Positions 17,785 through 27,382 of a stretch of 53,195 bases of DNA are shown here, one piece after another (within the stretch, counting starts at the first letter, position 1; each line of letters begins with the position of its first letter). A program made the translations under genes and the position numbers. The notes below the pieces were generated by a model, which was given only the letters and a program-made list of their open reading frames with translations, was not told where the DNA came from and made no database searches. Origin of the DNA: Acidobacteriota bacterium (GTDB lineage Bacteria > Acidobacteriota > Blastocatellia > RBC074); the NCBI GenBank assembly GCA_043718445.1, contig JAYSVR010000216.1, forward strand, positions 1-53,195, given 5' to 3'.

Positions 17785-20700
17785 TTAGAAAGCGAAGCGC
17801 AACGACCATTGCAAGTTACGTGGCAGGCGCACAGAACTGACTGCACCAAAACCATTTCGATTGCCGGACTCAGACGCGAGATTAGTCGGCGTCCGCGTTG
17901 CATTGTTATTAAGAGTCAAATTATTGAAGACACCGTCGAACTGCGTATGGTTCAGTGCATTGAAGGCATCAAGCCGCGCTTCAAAGCGGAAACGCTCCTT
18001 CACCCGGAACTCCTTCGAGAGTGCAGCGTCCCAACTGTTGATCGGAGCAAATCGCAGGAAGTTGCGGCCTGAATCATAAACCTGACTCACTCCATTGGGA
18101 GCCGCAATTGCTGACACATCAAACTGCCGATAAGGATCGCTGCTGTTGCCACTGCCAGGATTGCGTAGCAATGCAGCGCGGAAACCCTCTACGCCTTGAG
18201 TCCCTGTCAAACCGTAGCCGGTAAGATCAGGAATCGTCACACCGACGTTATACGGAGCTCCAGTTTGGTAGCGATAAATGCCTGACAATTGCCAGCCATT
18301 CAGCACATAACCGAGGCTGGCGTTTTGCGTAGCTTTCGGCAAATCGTAAACCCAGTTGATGTTGAAATTGTGCGTACGGTCAAAGTCCAACAAGCCATAA
18401 TTCGCACGCCGGTTGTCCTGATTATGGGGTGAACCAAACGATCCAAGACCTGGCCGGTCGTTGCTTTGCGTGCCCAGCACTTTGCTCCAAGTGTAGTTCA
18501 CACCAACTAACAAGCCTTTTGTATAACGGCGCTGCAACGAAGTTTGCAACGAGTGATAATTTGAACTTGCTGCCGGTTCGTGCAGCGAAATAGTTCCGAA
18601 GCCTGCATAAGGCCGCAGGAAATCAACTGGAAGTGCTGTCGCGCCGGGAATCGCGTTGGCAGGTTGCGTCGGGTCTTGATTCGCCGCCGCAAAACCGGCC
18701 CCATAAGCAGGAGCGTTTATGTTGCGCAAATGAATCTGATGCTGTGCCGAAGTACCGACATAAGAAACGTCCAGCACTGAGTCTAAAGGCAGTTTGTATT
18801 GAACGCCCAAATTGTAAGCATAGCTGGTCGGAACTTTGCCCTGGCGATCAAATCCAACCAGGTTGGGCGGCGCTAGCAACACCTGACCGGAATTGAGTTG
18901 TTGCATCAACCCAAATGTCAGAGTTGGTGCAAGCGTCGTCGGCGGATTTTGCACGAGGTCAAATACCGTATTGCCTTGTGCGCGATCATAAAACACGCCG
19001 CCGCCGCCACGAATCACCAATGATTGATTACCGCGCAGGTCATAGGCAAAACCGAAACGCGGCGCGAAATGAATGCCACGGTTACGATAGACTCCTTTTT
19101 CCAGCCCAGCCCCAGCCTGAAGTACGCCGTTCGTAATCGAACCAGTTCCAGTCACTAGGCGACCTATAAAGAGATTGGCTAGCGTGTTAGCAGCCGTTGG
19201 GACAAAGCCGCTTACCAACAGGCGCGGATCAACGGCACGGCGATTGTTTCCGGTGCAAGGATTGGTATTGCCAATACAAACGGGGCGGAACAACAAAGGA
19301 GCGTTGCTGGGGTTATATCGTTCCGGCAAGAAGTTGCCGGTTTGCAGGTCTTCGTCGAATTGCGGCTGAATCCAGTAAAACCGCATACCGTAATCTAACG
19401 TCAGCCGACTCGTAGCCTTCCAGTTATCCTGCGCATAAAACTCGACATTGTTATAACGGTATTTGCCAATAATATAGGCCGAAGCCTGATTGAAGGTGTT
19501 GTAAACGCCCACCGCAGCATTGGCAAAACCAAACTGTGTGTCAAAGGGGTTTTGCACATTGTTGGTGAAGGTGTAATCGCCATTGGCAGCGGCAAAGCTG
19601 CTCTGTGGTTTGAAGCTGTTCTGCCAAAAACCACCGAACTTGAAGTTGTGCGAACCGGCGATCTTCGACAAATTCACTGCCCAGTCACGGGTGGTGTTAA
19701 AGTTATAGAACGGCGCATTGTTGGAGCCAAGATTTGGAGCATTTGAGATACGTCCACCGCCGAATTGGAAGCGTGGTGGCGCATCAATCTGCACAGCGTT
19801 GGGAAAAAGTACCGGAATGCCGGTTAACCCCAAGCCAGCACGATTGAATTTCGGATTGGCCGGCAGAATATCAATGAAATTGTGGCTCTGTCCGAAGGTC
19901 ACTTCCAGCACCGTGGTGGGATTGATGGAACCCGTTACCGTGCTTGAAATGCTATACCGGTCGTTAGCGAAGATCGCCGAATAGTCAGGGAGGTTGCTCG
20001 CCAAAACGAACGAACCATACGGCTCGAGCAAACTGCGCTTGTTAAAGAGATATTTGCCAGTCGCTCGCCAGTTATCGTTTATCACCCAATCGCCTCGATA
20101 AAGGTCTTGACGCTCGGGCCGATTGGCTGGTTCTTGTGTTTCATAGTTGTAGCCAATTGTTCCAGTCTGATTCGGCAACGGATAGAGTTTTAGGATATTC
20201 AACCCGGTTCCATACAAGCGATTGGCAGGAATTCTGCCCACCACATTGCCATCCTTGAAACAACCGCTGGTGTCAGCCGCACTACACGGCAAGTTCAAAG
20301 TGTAATCCCGAATAAAAGGGAATAGGTTTCCTGCGTTGTCCCGCGTTTGCGAAAAATCGCCCGCCCGCTCAAGTGCCGTCGGAACCGTCACGCGACTGGG
20401 GGTAGTTGGCGGAATGCGGCGCTTTTGATGTTCCTGGCTAAAGAAGAAGAAGAACTTGTTTTTTTCTTTGTTAAATTTGCCGGGGATATAAACCGGACCG
20501 CCAATCGTGTAGCCAATGTCACGTTGATCGAGACGCGGTTTGTTGACGATGTTGATGATTGGCCCCGTGCGCAGCGTATTGCGGTTGTTAAGCCAGGTGT
20601 TCGCGTTCATTCCGTCGTGGCGGCGGAAGGTGTAAAACGAACCGTGAAAATCTTTCGTACCACCTTTCGTGACCGCGCTGATTTGCGCGCCCGCCGAACG

Positions 20701-21390
20701 ACCGAATTCCGCTTGGTAGTTGGAGGTCAAAACTTTGAATTCAGCAATGGCGTCGAGGTTTACCGCAATCATCGTACCGTTATTGCCAGTGTCCACAACG
20801 GCCACACCATCAAGCTGCAAGTTGTTGGCGCTGGTGCGCAAACCATTGGCTGCAATGTTTTGTATGCCCTCGCCGCTACCTACGGCGGTGTTAAAAACTA
20901 CGCCCGTGGCAATGGAAGCTAAGTTAACGAAGCTGCGTCCGTTCACGGCGATGTTCTGCACGATCTCGCCTTGCACGCCGTAAGACCGTTCGGCACTTTC
21001 AGACTGAACCAGCGTCGCTTCGGCAGTGACCGTTACGGTTTCATTGGCTTGGCCGACTTCTAGTTTGAGGTCGCCCAAAGCCTGCCTGTCATTGGCTACT
21101 AGCAAAATGCCGGTGCGTTCCTGTTTCTTAAAGCCGCTGGCTTCGATTGTGAGCGTATAGGTCGAAGGCGAGAGCGTCGGAAACACGAAACGCCCTTCAG
21201 CATCTGATGTGGCGGTTTGCGAGAAATTACGCGCCGCGTCTTTCAATACGACCGTAGCGTTAGCCACTGACGCCCCGTTAGGGTCAGTGACGTTGCCGGA
21301 AATCGAACCGCTGGTCGTTTGCGCGATGGCGCTCAAAGCCAAAGCAAGCGTCAGCATCAACAGGCAACTAAGTTTCATGAACTTGTGCAT
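17785..21390 (-). CDS. TonB-dependent receptor 1 (Oar-like, carboxypeptidase regulatory-like N-domain)
   Basis: Start MHKFMK at 21390 with GGAG RBS; GSISGNVTDPNGA N-domain; AEFKVLTSNYQAEFGRSAGA plug; C-terminal PRNLQWSLRFAF. Confidence 0.92.
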   Translation of the reverse strand: MHKFMKLSCLLMLTLALALSAIAQTTSGSISGNVTDPNGASVANATVVLKDAARNFSQTATSDAEGRFVFPTLSPSTYTLTIEASGFKKQERTGILLVANDRQALGDLKLEVGQANETVTVTAEATLVQSESAERSYGVQGEIVQNIAVNGRSFVNLASIATGVVFNTAVGSGEGIQNIAANGLRTSANNLQLDGVAVVDTGNNGTMIAVNLDAIAEFKVLTSNYQAEFGRSAGAQISAVTKGGTKDFHGSFYTFRRHDGMNANTWLNNRNTLRTGPIINIVNKPRLDQRDIGYTIGGPVYIPGKFNKEKNKFFFFFSQEHQKRRIPPTTPSRVTVPTALERAGDFSQTRDNAGNLFPFIRDYTLNLPCSAADTSGCFKDGNVVGRIPANRLYGTGLNILKLYPLPNQTGTIGYNYETQEPANRPERQDLYRGDWVINDNWRATGKYLFNKRSLLEPYGSFVLASNLPDYSAIFANDRYSISSTVTGSINPTTVLEVTFGQSHNFIDILPANPKFNRAGLGLTGIPVLFPNAVQIDAPPRFQFGGGRISNAPNLGSNNAPFYNFNTTRDWAVNLSKIAGSHNFKFGGFWQNSFKPQSSFAAANGDYTFTNNVQNPFDTQFGFANAAVGVYNTFNQASAYIIGKYRYNNVEFYAQDNWKATSRLTLDYGMRFYWIQPQFDEDLQTGNFLPERYNPSNAPLLFRPVCIGNTNPCTGNNRRAVDPRLLVSGFVPTAANTLANLFIGRLVTGTGSITNGVLQAGAGLEKGVYRNRGIHFAPRFGFAYDLRGNQSLVIRGGGGVFYDRAQGNTVFDLVQNPPTTLAPTLTFGLMQQLNSGQVLLAPPNLVGFDRQGKVPTSYAYNLGVQYKLPLDSVLDVSYVGTSAQHQIHLRNINAPAYGAGFAAANQDPTQPANAIPGATALPVDFLRPYAGFGTISLHEPAASSNYHSLQTSLQRRYTKGLLVGVNYTWSKVLGTQSNDRPGLGSFGSPHNQDNRRANYGLLDFDRTHNFNINWVYDLPKATQNASLGYVLNGWQLSGIYRYQTGAPYNVGVTIPDLTGYGLTGTQGVEGFRAALLRNPGSGNSSDPYRQFDVSAIAAPNGVSQVYDSGRNFLRFAPINSWDAALSKEFRVKERFRFEARLDAFNALNHTQFDGVFNNLTLNNNATRTPTNLASESGNRNGFGAVSSVRLPRNLQWSLRFAF

Positions 21391-21629
21391 TTGATTTACT
21401 CCAATGGATAAAGGACGCGCGTCACGGTCTTTATGACAACGCAACGCGGTCTGCCAGTGTCACAGCAACCGTTAAGATCAAGCTATCCGCCTGTCGGCTG
21501 CTCCGGTTGGCTCGAACGTGTGTCGAGCTTCGTCTATTTCATCCAGCAATTTGGTATCAGTAAGATTGGTGAGTCAGTAAGTGATTCGACGTCGGAGAAT
21601 CGTGGTGCATCCGTCGTGAATGTGGGCGC

Positions 21630-21657
21630 AGTCTACACCGATTTGCTGGTCGTGCAA
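21630..21657 (-). promoter_or_regulatory. Possible sigma70-type promoter for receptor 1
   Basis: Minus strand TTGCAC-N16-TAGACT, about 240 nt upstream of the start codon. Confidence 0.3.
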
Positions 21658-21724
21658 ATACAAACTATTGGCCGGGCTGAGAATTTTTCCAAACTGGCAT
21701 AACAGTTTTTTATCAACTCATTCG

Positions 21725-22804
21725 TCAGCGCGCAGTTATTCGGCTACGCCACGCGGGATATTCTTTTTTCAGTAAGTCAGCCGCACGATTTGAATACCAG
21801 CCGTAACCCGTGCGGCGTTCGTGTTCGATCTCAGCCACGCTGTATTTGATGACGCTGTCGCGTCCGCTAAAGATCGGACGGTTCGTGCCAATCTCGTAAA
21901 AACGTGCCCACAGTGGCCCGGCGTTCGGGTCGGCTTCGATCACGCGGTCGTGGCCTTTTTCTAAATCAGCGCCGCGCTGGTCGTGATACTTAAACCCTTT
22001 GATCTGCGTTTCTTTTAACCAGTTGATAGCCGCTTCAATCGCCGCCACGACGCGCGCGTCAGGTTGCTCAAGGCTCATCAGAAAACGCACGATGCTGACG
22101 GTTTCGCTGCCACTGAGCGAAGGATGTTCATAAGCGCGCGCCTTCGCCGGAGCCAACGTCAGTTCATCGTGTTGCGCGCACCACGCCGTGAGCTTGTCCG
22201 CGACGACGATCTGCGTTTTCAGCATGCACTCAATGCCTTTGGTGACGGCTTGCGCAGCGCGTTGTCGCCGCGTTTCGTCAACGAACGCATAAGCCGAAGC
22301 CTTGCGTTCAATCTCGCGCAACAAGGTCAACACATTCGCCATCGCATCGTCGTTAAAAGTGATGTGCGAGTAATAGCCTTTGACCAACGGGAAGAATTGC
22401 GGCCATCCGCCATTGTCATATTGCGCCGCGAGCAGGTAATCCAGGCCTTTCGAAAACGAGGCTTTGAATCGCGCCTCTCGTGTCGCGTTGAAGACCTTCG
22501 CCAGATAACGCAATTGCGTATAGGTTCCGCCGTTATCAATCGTGGCTCCATCGGTTTCTTGTGCGAGCTTCGCGGCTTCGGCCTGACTCAACACAACTGA
22601 CATATCAGTATTTTTCGGCCAGCCGCCGCTAGGGCGTTGCCAGCGCAACACATTGTCGGCGATGCGCACTGCTTCACCGCTCGCGTACCATTCCGGCTTT
22701 TGATTCAGCGCGTGGTTCCAGCGAACGGGGGCTTGCGCCAACGCCATGAATGACAATAACACTGCAATTATCCCGCCGCTAAAAATGCTTTTCATACTTT
22801 TCAT
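21725..22804 (-). CDS. pelA: Pectate lyase, PelA/Pel-15E type (PL10)
   Basis: Signal peptide; Q..SGGWPKN, TIDN, GGWPQF.P, ITFNDDAM, AWCAQHD, ARAYE and WARFYE motifs. Confidence 0.9.
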   Translation of the reverse strand: MKSMKSIFSGGIIAVLLSFMALAQAPVRWNHALNQKPEWYASGEAVRIADNVLRWQRPSGGWPKNTDMSVVLSQAEAAKLAQETDGATIDNGGTYTQLRYLAKVFNATREARFKASFSKGLDYLLAAQYDNGGWPQFFPLVKGYYSHITFNDDAMANVLTLLREIERKASAYAFVDETRRQRAAQAVTKGIECMLKTQIVVADKLTAWCAQHDELTLAPAKARAYEHPSLSGSETVSIVRFLMSLEQPDARVVAAIEAAINWLKETQIKGFKYHDQRGADLEKGHDRVIEADPNAGPLWARFYEIGTNRPIFSGRDSVIKYSVAEIEHERRTGYGWYSNRAADLLKKEYPAWRSRITAR

Positions 22805-22810
22805 AAACAC

Positions 22811-22851
22811 AAAGCCGGCGGCATCCGCTTGATGGTCGGATACCCCCGGCT
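22811..22851 (-). terminator. Stem-loop after TonB-dependent receptor 2
   Basis: agccggcggcatccg / cggatacccccggct imperfect stem with a short U-tail on the minus strand. Confidence 0.45.
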
Positions 22852-22880
22852 CTGTTTCGTAAGTCCGGCTTTGGTTTCGG

Positions 22881-25800
22881 TTAGAACCGCAGCTTCAACA
22901 CGAACTCAATCTGACGCGGGTCATACGAATTTTGCGTGAACGCACCCCACGTATTCACGACGTCCTGCAACTGTCCGAGCTTCAAATTCAACGCTGGATT
23001 CGCTGTGATCGTCGCCGGAATCACCGTGCCGCCGAACGAGGTTTGTACGCCTGGTCGGAAGGTCGTGTGATTAAAAATGTTCGTCGTTTGCGCGGCCAGT
23101 TCAAGGTTGAACCGTTCGCCAATCTTGAACGTTTTTTCGAGCGACATATTCGTGTTCCATGCGCCGTTGGCGCGCAGGTCGTTGAAAGTCGCCGCCGATG
23201 TGCCATACCAGAACAGGTCGGGGATGGCGACGCCGTTCGGGCCAGTCGCTATACGTCCTTGAAAAGCATCAATGTTGTATTTCAAGAAGCAACGATTGCA
23301 CGGCGTAATCACCCGCCCGCTGGGCAACGTGACTTGCGTCGTGCCGTTATACCAACGTTGCAACGCCTTCGGCACTTCAATATCCACACCCGGAATGCGG
23401 TCAGGCAAACCGTTGATCGAATTCGTGCCGCCGTTCGAGATCGGTGCGACGAATCCGCTTGAGGCGTTAAACGAACCGCCTACGCGCCAGCCGCCGATGA
23501 CTTTATTGGCTATACCGCTCTTGAGATTGAGCAGCTTGCCGTTGCCGATCGGCAGTTCATAAACGTAAGACGCGACGAAACGGTGCGGAATATCGTTCGT
23601 CGAAATCTTGCGATTCGTGCGCCACGATTCTGGGCGAATGTTGCTGAAACCGTTCGTGCTGCCGCCATCCGAAAAGTTCTGATTGTTCGCCGCGTTATAG
23701 CTGCTGAACTCAATCAGCTTCGACCAGGTGTAATGCGCGTTGAATTGCAGCCCCTTGCTGAATTGCCGCGTAACTTGCAATTGCAAGCCGTGGTAATCCG
23801 ATTCGCCGACGGTGTAATGAATGGCGTTGCCCTGATGCGGGTAAGGCAGGAAGGTTTCGATGCGCGGAATCGTGCGGTTGCGGATGTTGCCCGCGCCGAA
23901 TGGAATCAGTGGCCCGGTCGCAGCTTGCGGACTGTTCGGATCGCACGTTTGCAAGGTTTGAAACGGATTGCAGATGTTTTGCGTCGAAGGATTGACCGTG
24001 CCATTGCTGGCGACATATTGATTGCGCCAGCCTTGCAAAACCGCCGGGTCAACAAATTGCGAGTTGTTGACGTTGATGAAAGTCACCTGCAAACGACTGC
24101 CGTGCGAACCGATATAACCGACCGACGTAACCCAATCGTTGCCGAATTTCTTTTCAGCAATCAGGTTCCACTGTTGCACGATGCCGTTGCGATAATTTTG
24201 CGGGAAGCGCCGCACGAGTCCGCCATAGATACCCGGATTCTTTTCGTCCGCGCCAATCGGCAACACAATCGGACTCACCGCCAACGAATTGAATGGGCCA
24301 ATCAACGTGCCAACGGGATTGGTTCCGTAAGGCGTCGTCGCATTGCCTGAGTTAAGCGAACTCGTCGCCGTCGCGGGCGAAAACGGCCCCGCGCCATAAA
24401 AACCCGGCCCGTCGTTGTAACCAGTGTTGGAAGGAATGTAAGTCAGCCCGTAACCACCGCGCAGCACCATCTCATTGCGCAACTGCCAGGCAAAGCCCAA
24501 ACGCGGGCCATAGTTATTCCATTCGGTCGGCCACATATTGCGGCGGTCTACGTTGACGCCAGGGAAGACGATCTTGCCGGTCGTGCCGAACGGATTTTTT
24601 AGATCGAGGTCGAGCGCGCTGATGCGATTAAATCGTTCAGTCGGACCGGGTTGCACGTCCCACCGCAAACCTAAATTCACCGTCAGCTTGTCAGTCACTT
24701 TCCAATCGTTTTGGGTATAGAGCGCCTGATATTTTTGCGCCAACGCCAATTGCACTGCGAAGCCTGAACGCTCTTCCATAAAGCCCGCGCCTAACGCAAT
24801 CGAAGCCGGGCCATAACCACCGAACGACGCATCCGGCACGGTCAAGCCCGCTGTCGAGCCGCTGGCATTGATGTTTTGCCGCGTGTATTCAGCCCCGGTT
24901 TGCACCTGAAACGGATCGTGCGGGTCAGTGTAATTCGACAGCAACACTCGATAGGTTCCGCCGAACTTGTGCGTCCAGCGACCGCGCGTCCACGTCATAC
25001 TCGCGTTGGCGTCGGTGTTGGTTTGGCGTTCGCGTTTGTGCAGGAATTGTCCGTCATGCAACGGGCTCAAGTTGCCGCCCGGTGCGAATGAAGGCGGCGC
25101 ACCGAGAATCACGCTCAACGCCTGAATCTCTTTCGGAATACCGAATACGCCATAATCGAAGTTGTCGAACACATCCACTTCGTTGTCACTTTGAATGCGG
25201 TTCACACCAATGCGCGCGTCAATGATGATGTTGGACGAAACCGACCACGTGTCGCCAATCGAAATATAAGGGTTCTTGTCGGGTTGCTGATTGCCCGCCA
25301 TTTCGTTGCGGCTATAAAACTGATTGTCTGGCCCCCACGAACGCGGCGTCACGATGCGGCCTAACTGAATGCCGCCCGTGCCATAAAAATTATGTTTGCC
25401 CCAATTCCAGTCTACGCGCGAGTTGACGTTGTTTTTGCCGAACTGTTGTTTGCCGCGATAGAAAAAATTGTTGCGGTTATAGACATCTTCGGGCGTGCGG
25501 TTTGCCAGTGGATAAGCTTTTAAAAACGCCAGGCCTTGCGCGTTCAAACGATTCGCGGGCAAAGCCGTCGTTCGCACTAAACCTGTGGCATCGGTGAGGG
25601 TCGGAAATTGCGCGCGCAAATAAGCCGAAGACGTGCCGATGCGGGTAGCACTAAACGGATCGAAAATCTTGATCGGCGTGGCGCGTCCGCTGACATTGAC
25701 GAGTGTCTGACTGAAATCGCCCCCGCGCTCTGCCGCCGTCGGTACGGTTTTCAAAAAGTCGTAGTTGCGGTTGAACTCAAGCCCCTCGTAACTGGCAAAG

Positions 25801-26738
25801 AAAAACGCGCGGTCACGAATGACGCGTCCGCCAAAGGTGCCGCCATAAGTGTGCGACTTGAACGGTCCGCGCGCGACGTTGCGCGCGTTGTCAGAAAAGT
25901 TATTCGCGTTGAGCGCCTCGTTGCGCACGCGCCAGAAACTCGAACCGTGCCAGTCGTTGCTGCCGCCTTTGGTCGTAAAAATAATCACGCCTTGCGCGCG
26001 GCCATATTCCGCCGTGTAGTTATTGACGATGGTCTTGACCTCTTGCAACGATTCCTGATTCGGCAGCACGGCGGCTTCGTTCCAAGCCGAGCCTTGCACG
26101 CTGACGCCATCAAGAATGATGTCGTTCGAGAACGCCGAACCACCGTTGATGCTGATCGCCGAAGCCTGACGGCGTCCGTCAATGCCGATGCCGAAGCTAA
26201 AAGTGTTTTGCGTATTGTTAAATGCGCCGCGCGGAATCACCCCGGCTTGCAGCGTCGCATAAGCAAACGGGTTGTGCGTGATGTTGGGCAACACTTGCAC
26301 GAGGCGTTCGTTGATTTGCCCGCCGACAGTCGCGCTCGCGGTTTGCAACGCCGCCGCATCCGCCGTCACTGTCACGGTGTCGCTCGCACCGCCCGCTTGC
26401 AGCTTGATTTCGATCTGTACGCTTTGCGCCGTCGAAACCACGATGCCGGTTTGCGTGTATTTGGAAAAACCCGAACCCGCTTTTTCGACTTTGACCGAAT
26501 AGGTGCCCGGCGCGAGATAAGGCACGGTGAAACTGCCGGATGCATCAGACGTTGCATTCACTGCAATGTTAGTTTCCTGACTGACGACGCTGACTGACGC
26601 GCCCGGCACGACTGCGCCGGTCGAATCAGTCACTACACCAGTGATCGCGCCAGACTTGATTTGTCCGAACGCCGTCACAGCACATAGCAGGCACAGCGCC
26701 AGACTGACGCAATACTTTGCGAAAGGTTTCATAAACAT
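22881..26738 (-). CDS. TonB-dependent receptor 2 (Oar-like)
   Basis: Start MFMKPF at 26738 with AAGGAG RBS; GAITGVVTDSTGAVVPGA N-domain; AEYGRAQG plug; C-terminal PRQIEFVLKLRF. Confidence 0.92.
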   Translation of the reverse strand: MFMKPFAKYCVSLALCLLCAVTAFGQIKSGAITGVVTDSTGAVVPGASVSVVSQETNIAVNATSDASGSFTVPYLAPGTYSVKVEKAGSGFSKYTQTGIVVSTAQSVQIEIKLQAGGASDTVTVTADAAALQTASATVGGQINERLVQVLPNITHNPFAYATLQAGVIPRGAFNNTQNTFSFGIGIDGRRQASAISINGGSAFSNDIILDGVSVQGSAWNEAAVLPNQESLQEVKTIVNNYTAEYGRAQGVIIFTTKGGSNDWHGSSFWRVRNEALNANNFSDNARNVARGPFKSHTYGGTFGGRVIRDRAFFFASYEGLEFNRNYDFLKTVPTAAERGGDFSQTLVNVSGRATPIKIFDPFSATRIGTSSAYLRAQFPTLTDATGLVRTTALPANRLNAQGLAFLKAYPLANRTPEDVYNRNNFFYRGKQQFGKNNVNSRVDWNWGKHNFYGTGGIQLGRIVTPRSWGPDNQFYSRNEMAGNQQPDKNPYISIGDTWSVSSNIIIDARIGVNRIQSDNEVDVFDNFDYGVFGIPKEIQALSVILGAPPSFAPGGNLSPLHDGQFLHKRERQTNTDANASMTWTRGRWTHKFGGTYRVLLSNYTDPHDPFQVQTGAEYTRQNINASGSTAGLTVPDASFGGYGPASIALGAGFMEERSGFAVQLALAQKYQALYTQNDWKVTDKLTVNLGLRWDVQPGPTERFNRISALDLDLKNPFGTTGKIVFPGVNVDRRNMWPTEWNNYGPRLGFAWQLRNEMVLRGGYGLTYIPSNTGYNDGPGFYGAGPFSPATATSSLNSGNATTPYGTNPVGTLIGPFNSLAVSPIVLPIGADEKNPGIYGGLVRRFPQNYRNGIVQQWNLIAEKKFGNDWVTSVGYIGSHGSRLQVTFINVNNSQFVDPAVLQGWRNQYVASNGTVNPSTQNICNPFQTLQTCDPNSPQAATGPLIPFGAGNIRNRTIPRIETFLPYPHQGNAIHYTVGESDYHGLQLQVTRQFSKGLQFNAHYTWSKLIEFSSYNAANNQNFSDGGSTNGFSNIRPESWRTNRKISTNDIPHRFVASYVYELPIGNGKLLNLKSGIANKVIGGWRVGGSFNASSGFVAPISNGGTNSINGLPDRIPGVDIEVPKALQRWYNGTTQVTLPSGRVITPCNRCFLKYNIDAFQGRIATGPNGVAIPDLFWYGTSAATFNDLRANGAWNTNMSLEKTFKIGERFNLELAAQTTNIFNHTTFRPGVQTSFGGTVIPATITANPALNLKLGQLQDVVNTWGAFTQNSYDPRQIEFVLKLRF

Positions 26739-26930
26739 AACTTCAGACTCCTTGTAATTTCGGATGGCTAAACAGTCGTCACCGCGACGTATGCGACAAC
26801 GGACTTCGTTCAGATTGATTTTTTCCAGCAAAGCTAATTCGTCGGTTGATCCTGAGAGATGCAAGGTCAGGATCGTAATTGGTATGACAGATAGTAAGGG
26901 CAAACGATTGATCTGTAAATTTCACGCCGC

Positions 26931-27215
26931 CTAACGGCTCACTGGTTGCACAGCAACTCCCAATCGTTGCGCCAGCCAATCCGCGACTTGGTTTTTGTAT
27001 TCGGGCGCGAAACTTTCCCAGCGCGCCATGCCGTGCGTGCCGTCGGGAATCGTAATCAAATCGCACGCGACTCCCGCCGCTTTGAGCTTCGATTGAAAGA
27101 GCGGCGACCACGAATACAACACGCTCATATCGCCCGTGCCGTGTACCAGCAAAAACGGCGGCAAGCCCGGCTTTGATGTGATTTATGGACGAGGCCTCAC
27201 GCAATAACTGTAATG
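26931..27215 (-). pseudogene. 5'-truncated, frameshifted alpha/beta-hydrolase (esterase) remnant
   Basis: LLREASSINHIK in one frame continues as PGLPPFLLVHGTGD...THGM in another (one extra A near 27172-27174). Catalytic Asp/His region is present but there is no GxSxG and no start. Confidence 0.8.
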
Positions 27216-27254
27216 TCAGTGGTCAAATAGAGGTTCTTTATTTCAAAGCCAAGT

Positions 27255-27336
27255 GACCGCGAATGACGCGGATTGGCGCGGATGAAGATCCGAACTCTAA
27301 CCGCGAGAATCCGCTGCATCCGCGTCATCTGCGGTC
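27255..27336. repeat. Palindrome of ~9-mer units (cgcggatNN)
   Basis: gaccgcgaatgacgcggattggcgcggat ... atccgctgcatccgcgtcatctgcggtc. Confidence 0.8.
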
Positions 27337-27382
27337 GCAAGGTATTGGTTTTCAAATCATCCGCCTTACGCGCAATCTTGAG

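Noticed and set aside
21441-21456. Sigma54-like TGGCAG...TTGC on the minus strand
   Set aside because: GG-to-GC spacing is 11 nt rather than the required 10.
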